This document shows, piece after piece, positions 27,061-52,100 of a stretch of 64,000 nucleotides of DNA (position 1 is the stretch's first letter; each line of letters opens with the position of its first letter). Under the pieces are notes generated by a model. It saw nothing but the letters and a program-made list of their open reading frames with translations, did no database searches and was not told the DNA's origin. Source of the stretch: Chrysomallon squamiferum (Eukaryota > Animalia > Mollusca); assembly GCA_012295275.1 (NCBI GenBank), contig CM022665.1, positions 44,578,001 through 44,642,000 on the forward strand. The letters are read 5' to 3'. The translations under genes were made by a program, and so were the position numbers.

Positions 27061-27352
27061 AATAAATGAAAAAAAAGAAGAGAAAAACAATTGAAAAAAA
27101 TGAGAAAAATAAATAAATGAAAATAAATAAATATATAAATAAGTAAATAAATTAATAAAATTAAATATTAAAATAATTTAATAATAATATAAAAAAAAAG
27201 TAATGAAAACTTAATAAATAAAATTAAATAATAAAAATAATTTAATAATAAAAAATAAATAATGAAAACAAAATAAAAATAAATTAATAATAAATATAAA
27301 ATAATTATAAAAAATAATAAAAATAAAACAAAAAAACCCACAAAAAAAACAA

Positions 27353-27403
<51 letters not shown>

Positions 27404-28880
27404 TAATAATAAATGAACTAAAAATAAATTACTACAAAACAAAACAAAACAATGGGAGTTAACCAATACTGTGTTCAGTATAAGCCATGTACACACATTT
27501 CTGTTACAATAAACACAAATTTGACAGAAAAGGACAAAACAAAATGTCTTCCATTTCAACAAAAACATTTTCAACTTAACATTCACATTACAATGATTTA
27601 TTATAATTTAAAAATCAACATTTTTAAAAATTAATCACACAAACTGTCTGAATGAGGAATTTTTTTTCTTTTCTAAATTATAATGAAATATGAAAAAGAA
27701 TTAAACATTTTTTATTTTTTTTTTTAAATTTCTGAAATAATAAATAACAAAATGCCATTATGTCTGTATGGAATTGGAGTGAACTATTCAAATATTACCT
27801 GCATCGTGCACATTTGTTCTTTTTCTTGTCTCAAAACATGAAATAACCTCATATTCAACACATAGGGTCAACATGGTCAAAAATGACCTTACAAATAAAG
27901 GTCACAACAAAAAATTGACATTCACAAAAACAACCAATCTTCCTTTTTTGTTTTTTCAAAACCCACATTATGAAAATAGCTAATAAAAACACATAATAAA
28001 TATTATGAGGGGTTTTTTTTGTTGGTTTTTTTATTTTTTCATTTTTTTAAAATGAAAGATCCAATATCATATCTTTATATACAATAAAAACTTAAAAGAT
28101 ATCTCAGTTATTATTTTTTTTTTTTGTGCATTACTGTACTGTGGATACCATAAAGACAGGTAAAATGATAATAATAATAATAATACTGTATGAAATGATT
28201 ACATTTAATGAAACTTGCATTCATAACATGCACACAAATATACAACATTTTCATTCATCACGTTTGGCTGTCATAGGCCGCATTAAAATGTTTCTAAAAA
28301 TATTTCTCGAATTTCTCTCGAGAATAATGATAAACGATTTGTAAGTATGAAAGGTAAATCTGTACAGGTGTTCGTCTGTTTGTATCTGTCAGGCTGGTAT
28401 ATTTAACCTATGTTATTATTATTATTATTTTATTATCTATTTGTTTAGCTAGAAGCTCTTTTTAAGGATTAACTAAACTACTAAATTTTATTTAAAAAAT
28501 TAAACACCAAATTTTAAAAACCAGTAATAATAAAAAAAAGAATTCCGTATTGTAAATTTTTGATCTCTAAGTAAAAATATACAACTATTTTTTTTTTTTA
28601 ACTATCTATCTATTCATTTTTTTCCCCTTTATAAATGAAAAATTTATAAATTTAAATGAAGTATAAAAAATTTGTAAAATTAATTTTGACCATTTTTGTT
28701 GGTTTTTTTGAAAAAATAGGAGCATTTAAAAAAGATAAATAATTAGAAAATAAAATGAATTTCAAAGAGATCATAAAAATGTCATCCCATTTACAAACAC
28801 CTCACCACACAACACAAAATTTTTGTTTGATTTAAAAAAAAAACTTTGTAAATAATATAAATAAAAAAAAAGAAGAAAAG

Positions 28881-28911
<31 letters not shown>

Positions 28912-29290
28912 TAATAAAAAAAACAAAAAAAAAAAATTTTTCTTGGTTAAAACAGACACATCACCAATTTTGAGCAACTAGATTGTCAAGCAGTTATTCT
29001 AAACTGGATGAAATTTTGAGAATTTATCTGATTTTTAAAAAAATAAATATTAAAAAGTTAATCACAGATATCACTAAATGTGGTGTACTTTGATCTTATT
29101 ATGTCCAGTTAAATGTAATAATCATCACAAAGATACCAGATTATTTGAGGGTTTTTAAAAAAAAAGAAAAAAGATATTAAAGATTTAATTCTAACTATGA
29201 TATCAAACATGAATCTTGACCTTAAATTTTTGGACTTGTTTACTTATGTCAGTATATGTTTATATATATATATATGTTTGTATGTAAGTA

Positions 29291-29292
<2 letters not shown>

Positions 29293-29350
<58 letters not shown>

Positions 29351-29429
29351 TGTATGTGTATGTATGTATGTGTGTGTGTGTGTATGTATGTATATATATG
29401 TATATGTGTGTGTGTGTATGTATGTGTGT

Positions 29430-29465
<36 letters not shown>

Positions 29466-29503
29466 GTGTGTATGTATGTATCTGTATGTGGATGTGTATA
29501 TAG

Positions 29504-29537
<34 letters not shown>

Positions 29538-29546
29538 ACCCACACA
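29293..29546. repeat. (TG)n/(TGTA)n followed by (CA)n microsatellite
   Basis: Direct reading. Confidence 0.9.
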
Positions 29547-29797
29547 GATATATATATAAAGTATAAAATGTAAAAATTAGATCAATTAAATGGATGATCC
29601 ACTCTGTATAGTTCAGTTAAATGGATGATCCACACTCTGGATGATCCAGTTAAGTGGATGATCCACAGAAAAGTGACTCACAACTAAAACTGGTGATATG
29701 CCTGCATTAACTTTCCTGTACAATCTCGCACACATTCGCAGCACACGAAAACACTGTCAAAAAATATTTTGATATCGTCGACTACGTCGAGCCACTG

Positions 29798-44827
<15,030 letters not shown>

Positions 44828-45408
44828 TCTACAGTTTAAATTGTTTTGCTTCCTCTCAATATCTCCTCTTTCTGGCTTTGAATAAGCAACATGTGGTTTG
44901 AAATCAATATCCAATACCTCAAAATAAAATATGAATCATGTTTCTTTATCAACGAAATTCATTAAGATTTAACGTTAGTGAATGACAGTTTCTTGTATGC
45001 TTTCAAATCATGAAGCCATCAGAAAAATAAAAAAAAGTTTCCATAATGAAACAGAAAATGTTCATTTCATTTGACTGGTGTTCATTCAAGTCTGGTATAT
45101 GCAAACCGCTGAGCAAAGCAGGTGCTCGTAAATTAGGTCATGTTTTGATAAGGAGTAAATATAGCACGTATTTTGATTAGTTAAAAAATAATATTATCTA
45201 ATTATCACCAATGATTAATTCAAATTAACCCGGCTCATTGTGGAATACATTTTTCACGATGGTTTAAAATAAATAAATAAATAAAAAATTAAATATTGGC
45301 AAGTTATTATTTTTGTTACATAAACAAATTTCTAAATATTATTATTCATTTGCTATCAAGGGATTATATTTTGCTGTAGTAATTCTGATTGCAGGCAAAC
45401 CATTACAC

Positions 45409-45485
<77 letters not shown>

Positions 45486-45567
45486 TGTTTAAACTACCTA
45501 AATAGAATAAAGTGAGTATAATGAAATCGGCATATTTTATTTTTATTTTTTTTGAAGGGTCATGAAA

Positions 45568-45648
<81 letters not shown>

Positions 45649-46119
45649 ATTATATGCGACTAGAGCTATAAAAAATTTGAAAACCGCCATTTACGTGTGT
45701 ATAATGTTATATAATAATGAACAGCTTTTCGTCTGACCAAAAATTATGTGTTTATAGCAATTACAATATAAACTACAAAACAACAACAACAAAGAAAACA
45801 AAAGAAAAAAAAGAATAATAATGAAATATGAAAATTTTATTTCCAGTATTGATCTTATAGATAAATATATCTACATATAAACTAATATTTTTAACTCTAA
45901 TTCAGATATTATTTATACATTATTTATTTTTACACGTTAACTTTAAAAATGTGTGTTTGAAAAAAAAAAAAATAATAATAATAATAATAATAATCTGTAT
46001 TTAACTATCTTTAGCAGCCATGTGAATAAATTCAACCTTCATATTAGTAAGCAGTATTGTTATTTTACAGGAAGTTTATAAATAATTGTGGGATCTACCG
46101 ACTTGCATCAGAAATAAGC
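44828..46119. promoter_or_regulatory. Divergent intergenic region / putative bidirectional promoter of MBTPS2 and EIF2S3
   Basis: Start codons 1292 bp apart on opposite strands; YY1-like CCGCCATTT at 45684-45692; ETS-like ACAGGAAGT at 46067-46075 (could instead be a 5'UTR acceptor ttttacag|GA). Confidence 0.55.
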
Positions 46120-46191
46120 ATGGCCGGCGAAGATGAGCAAAAGACTGTTTCTAGACAACCCCACTTGTCTAAACAAGATCTAAATACACTT
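46120..46191 (+). CDS. EIF2S3: EIF2S3 exon 1 ([24 protein letters not shown])
   Basis: ATG in agcATGG context; CTT|gtaagt. Confidence 0.92.
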
Positions 46192-49100
46192 GTAAGTCGA
46201 AATTTAATAATTTAAGCTGTTGTTTATATAATAAAGAATGGCGAATGAACCGGGTGGGGTTGTACTGAAATGCATAAAACATATTTTCTTTATTAAGTTA
46301 TTCAACTTAAATGAACATAAGTTACATATTGAATCTGATATTCATCTTAATAACTGAATATTCACTAAGATCATTTGTTGAATCTTTAAATACTCAAAAC
46401 TCACTAATGAAAAATTGGTATAATTATGTCAACAAACATGAACAATTTACATGAACAGTACCTCTATCCCTGTGACTTAATCGGCTTGACCCAACATTTA
46501 ATTTAAATTTACTCCATTCACAATTCAGTTGTCGTGTTACCTTATGCTTATCCGATTAGACGATAACAAATAAAACATGAAAACTTTTGGCATGTACTAT
46601 GATTATTTGACATAGATGTAACAGTATCATGCATATGAATGTTATCAGATTTTATGGTTGTGCGCCAACTGTTATTTTGTACTTTTGTAACTTTAGGTTG
46701 CCAGATACGATTAAGTTCATTAAATGTATCATATGGAATATACTGATAATATCGATATGGAGAAATGGTACTACTACTAACCTGACCATATAATGAATGA
46801 ATATTAAAATTTGTACATCTTCTTCAGATATGAAGATGCTTAGCACAGTACCTAGAGCATGACAGGCAAGATTTTTTAAACTCTGTGAATCCCATATCCT
46901 TATAAATCAGTGTTTATATGCATTTTGGAAAGTCTTGGAAACTTTATAAAATTTGTCACATGGTTTTCCAGGATCTTAAAGGTTTTGGAAAATCGGATTT
47001 TGTTACCTTAGCTATGGAAAATTATGTCCTTGTCATAAATAAAATGTGAGAAAAACCTCATTGTTTCACCAATATTTAGCCCTGTCCCAATGCTCCATTT
47101 TAACCAGTGTAATGAAGTGCTGCTGTAGCGCAGCCAAAGAAAATGGTTCCATTTTCGTCTGATTCCAAAAGATTAACTTAGACTATCTGTGTTTGCGAGA
47201 GGCGCATATTGCTAAAAACAACTCTGCTTTGTTTCCTGTATTCTAGTTTTTTAAAATTTCTGTCAGACTAGTAGAGAAGACTTGTTGTGATAGCGCTGAG
47301 AGGTCAGTGTAATTGATTACAACACTGATAAGTTTACATTGTTGCATTGTTGTACTTTGATATCAACATGCATGCAGTGACATGCCACATAATTAATGAT
47401 TTAAAACAACGACAGTCAGATGTTGCAACCAGTTCAAGTTTCTAAATGCAATTACACATCCTACTTACATAAGTGGCATATACATTATTTGAAATTGAAA
47501 ATAAAATTCACATATAAAGTGCACCGTTATATAACCACAACCCTCCGACATGGAAGAAAAAAGTAGTAAGTTATAGTCTGAAAAACATGTTAATGTAGGT
47601 TTTTACAGGTAATTATAAACCCAACGCAGTTATAAATTCAGCTGAAATGCTTTAATACATCAGGCATTTTTATTTTTTTGCATTGTATTTATGTGGTGAT
47701 TAGTTTATATGGTGCAAACAAAAAACCCACAGTTTTTTTCCATCTTACAGCAATATGTTGCATTAATGACCTGACTGTAGTACATGTATACCATGCAGCT
47801 TAGTCACGGCAAATGTTTTAACTCCAACAAACATGTCTAAAAAATGCACATGTGGGCTATGGAAAGTTTTGGAAAGGTTACTGAAATTCTGACAGCCCAA
47901 GCTGTACGAACCCTGATAAATACAAATGAGAGATGTTGTGTTAAATTTTGTTTTTTCATTCTTTTCTTTTAGGAAGTGAAGGAGCTAACACCACTAACAC
48001 CAGATGTGATAAGCCGGCAAGCCACTATAAATATTGGTAAGTAATCCATCTTAATCTGCCTGTTGTTATTTCCTATCTCTCTTGTGTTGCTCCTCCTTTC
48101 CCCGATTACTTTATTGTGTTTTGAATGTATTCTTGTTGATTAAATAAAGTTGCACATAAAATAACCTGCACCAGGAAAACAAAAAAAATCTCAGAAATAC
48201 TCCTTTCAACATTATTTTGTCATTTAATAATTTAATAAAAGATACTCAGTGATATTTCTCTAGATAAGATTATTTTTAGTAACAGCTTTTATTTTATTGT
48301 CTTCCCAGGAACAATTGGTCATGTAGCCCATGGAAAGTCGACAGTAGTAAAAGCTATATCAGGAGTACAGGTATGAAGTTAAAATTAACATAAACATTTT
48401 CTTCTTCTTCTTCTCTTTTATTTATTCCTTTTTTATTTTTATTTAGTGCTGTCTTCCAGAATAGGATACTTTGACTGTAAAACTGTTGTCAGACAATTAA
48501 TTTTTGGTTTCTTATTTATCATCATAGCTGCAAAATTAATAATATTTTATGACCAGTATTTCTACTGTTGTTGAGTTCATTGCTTTGTTAATGATTAACT
48601 ATTGCTTGTTACAGCTAATAATTTCTTTATGAAGTATTTGGTATTAATATTTAGGTCTTTTTTTTTTTTTTTTTTTTTTGTACATCATCATTAAAAATAA
48701 CCAATAATCTTGATTTGTACCTGCTGTGTTTCGTTCTAAATTCATCCTTTCATTATTGCTGTACATTATAAATAAACCTATTTTTACTTCTACAAGATTA
48801 TGCTGTGTTATGTTTCACATTTGCTGTAGCAGTTTTTCTCAATCTCTTTTTATTATTTTCAGACTGTCAGGTTTAAAAATGAACTTGAAAGGAATATCAC
48901 AATCAAACTAGGCTACGCTAATGCAAAGGTAAGTTCTGTTTAAATTGCTTTAATCTGTCTGCCGGTAGAAGCACAAATAATCATTTAATTGTAAATAATA
49001 AAATATGACACAAATATGTCCCCCTCCCCAACAAAACCTACAAAAAACACCACCATACTGCTGCTTCTATTAAGTCAGCCATTTTCATCCATGATGCAAG

Positions 49101-52100
49101 AATTGGCAAAATAATGTAAATAACATTTTTGAAATTATTTATTTTTTATATTTTTCAGTTTTGATTTTTAATATTTTTAGATACATTTTTTTTTATGCTT
49201 GCATCAAGTTAGAATAATCTTTAAATATATAAATATTTAATAATTGAAAATATTTTTCTATTCATGTAAACTTTGTTTTAACCAGATATACAAATGCAAT
49301 AACGAAGCTTGTCCCAGACCTGGGTGTTACAGATCATGTGGCAGTGCTACTCCTGACAGCTTCCCTTGTGATAGACTGGGCTGCACTGGCAAATTCACAC
49401 TCCTCAGGTTGGTATTGCATTTACACATGCATGTGTGAGTGTGTGTGTATGTGTGTTTAAAATTCTTATGTTATAAATTTGTGTTCTTAGTCTTAGCCAC
49501 TATCTTCTGATCCCTAAAAATTGCAAAATTTTGGAACCTAATATTTAGTATACAGATGTGTGTACAAAATTTTATGTTATAAATTTGTATTCTTAGTCTT
49601 AGCCTTGATCTTCTGATCCCATCAACTTGCGAAATTTTGGAACCTAATATTTAGTGTACAGATATGTGTAAAAATTCTCATGTTATAAATTTGTATTCTT
49701 AGTCTTAGCCACAATTTTCTCATCTCATCAAATTGTGAAATTTTGGACTCTTAATATTTAATATACAGATTCTGAGAAATATTTTCAGTAATATATATAT
49801 ATATTTATCCTTATTTTATTATTTCACATTTAGGCCAGGGCATCATGCCTTGATAAAAAAAAGTTATTCATATTTTTTCATGTCTAAGAGAAGGCACACA
49901 TGCCAGATCACTTGCTGTTAATGGCTGATAGTTCTTGTAAAACTGTTATGTATTTTATTATTGCAGACATGTTTCTTTTGTGGACTGTCCAGGTCACGAC
50001 ATTCTTATGGCCACCATGTTGAACGGGGCGGCAGTTATGGATGCAGCTTTATTACTGATTGGTAAATTTTATTGTTAAATGTCATTTTTATTAGCCTTTG
50101 TGTTCAGTTAAAAGTAGTTACCTGTAATAGTATGATTTCATTTGAAAGTAATTTTTTAAAAAGTTTTGTGATAAATAGTGTGTATTACTCTTAATAATAT
50201 AGAAGGATTAATTTTTAATTTTTTTAAAAATTTTATTTTGTAAAAAATCATGTTTGTAGTATAATATGCTTTTTAACATGAGAATTCAATTCTCCAGCTT
50301 TGTTGAGGAATATTAATAAGGCTTTGAATGAAGAGACTCAAATTTTTTATAAAGCTTCAAGTTTTTCAAGCATTTAGTCATTAATACTGCACCTATCTGA
50401 TTGTTTATAATTATGTCATTTAATTGGACAGATTAATTTAATGAAATTCTTCTGGGGTGTTTTCCATTCAATTCAGCTATGTCGAAGTCTTATTTTTGTG
50501 TTTTATCCTATTTATAGAAATTTCTTATAAAAGAAAACCTGTTAATAAGTTCACCAAGAATTTTGACATCTTAAATTGATTGAAATCAGGAAATGTGTTC
50601 CGATTGTTTTGTTAAACAATATGAAAAATAATCTGTTTTTACCTGTAGTGTTCCTCAAAGAAATAATCTTTTAACCTTTGTTTCAGCTGGCAACGAATCT
50701 TGTCCCCAACCACAAACCTCAGAGCATCTTGCAGCTGTAGAAATCATGAAGCTCAAACACATCCTTATTTTACAAAACAAAATAGATCTTGTGAAAGAAA
50801 CGCAAGCAAAAGAACAGTATGAACAGATACTGGCTTTTGTCAAAGGTAACATTTTTATATTGTTATGTAATTTGTTGGGGATTCAAGGCTAGCAGTTTAA
50901 TTTTTTTTTTCAAATTCATTGTTTAAAAAAAAAGAAAAAAGACATAATCTTTGATTTTTTTTTTTAATTTATGAAGCATAAAGATAAATTAAATATAAAA
51001 TAATACATTAAAAGCATAATACATTTTTTTTTTTTCTAATATAAAATTCTTGTCGTAGTAAATTATGAGTTATATATTATCCAAACATAGATTTTAATTT
51101 TAAAATGCAGATTTGATTATTATCTTATTCTGTTTATTAAAAAAAGGATTTTGAGATAAAAATACAGAATTTTTATGTAAAAATATTATCTTATTCTTTT
51201 TTATTAAAAAGGTTATTTTTTGAGATCATAAAAAAAAATAGTTCAAAAACATTATTATTTTGTATATTAAAAAGATTTTGAGAGAGAAAAAAATGTCAAG
51301 AATTTTTATTTACAAAAATTTATTTAAGCTTCTTTTAACCCAGGCACAACAGAGGTTATTTTATCATAATTACACAAACTTTTTCAAAATGGATGTTACA
51401 TTTCATTACAGAAGTTTAAAAACGTTCTTGTTTAGGTACTGTGGCAGAAGGTGCTCCTGTTATTCCTGTGTCAGCTCAGTTGAAGTACAACATTGACGTT
51501 GTGTGCGAGTATGTCGTCAAACAGATCCCAGTTCCCATCAGAGACTTCCTGTCTGAACCCAGATTAATAGGTAACTCTCTTCACATACTTGGTTGTTGTT
51601 TCTTATATACTATGGGTCAGCAATCCTTGGCCTGCAAGGAATTTTAGTCCATCCTGCCAGTTGAATACCAGTTACTACATTAACTTTTTTTTTTTCTTTA
51701 AACCTCAAGACCTTGGTTTTTGGCATCCCTTTTTGTTGCTCAGTATTAATGATATAATTAAGAGAGAGAGAGAGAGAGAGATCAATATGTGTGTGTGTAT
51801 AATACATTTGATATCTTGACCCTCCAAAACACTGCATATCTGTCTGGCCCTCTTTCTCAAGAAAAGGTTGCTGACTTCTGTCATATACAATGCACAGTGC
51901 TATTCTTATATGTGATAGTTGTTTAACGCCACATGTATCACTTGATGTATTTTTAATTATTATTTTTCAAACAGTAATTCGATCATATGATATAAACATA
52001 CCACTGAATGTATTTTTATGATTTATAAATTTTTTAAAATAGTAATTCGATCATTTGATATAAACATGCCACTGAATGTATTTTTAATTATTATTTTTTA

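Noticed and set aside
29197-29573. Cluster of CV/HT-repeat ORFs on both strands
   Set aside because: (TG)n/(CA)n microsatellite
48929-50686. Intronic snoRNAs in EIF2S3
   Set aside because: No well-formed C/D box pair with terminal stem or H/ACA structure seen by eye; an Infernal search would be needed to exclude
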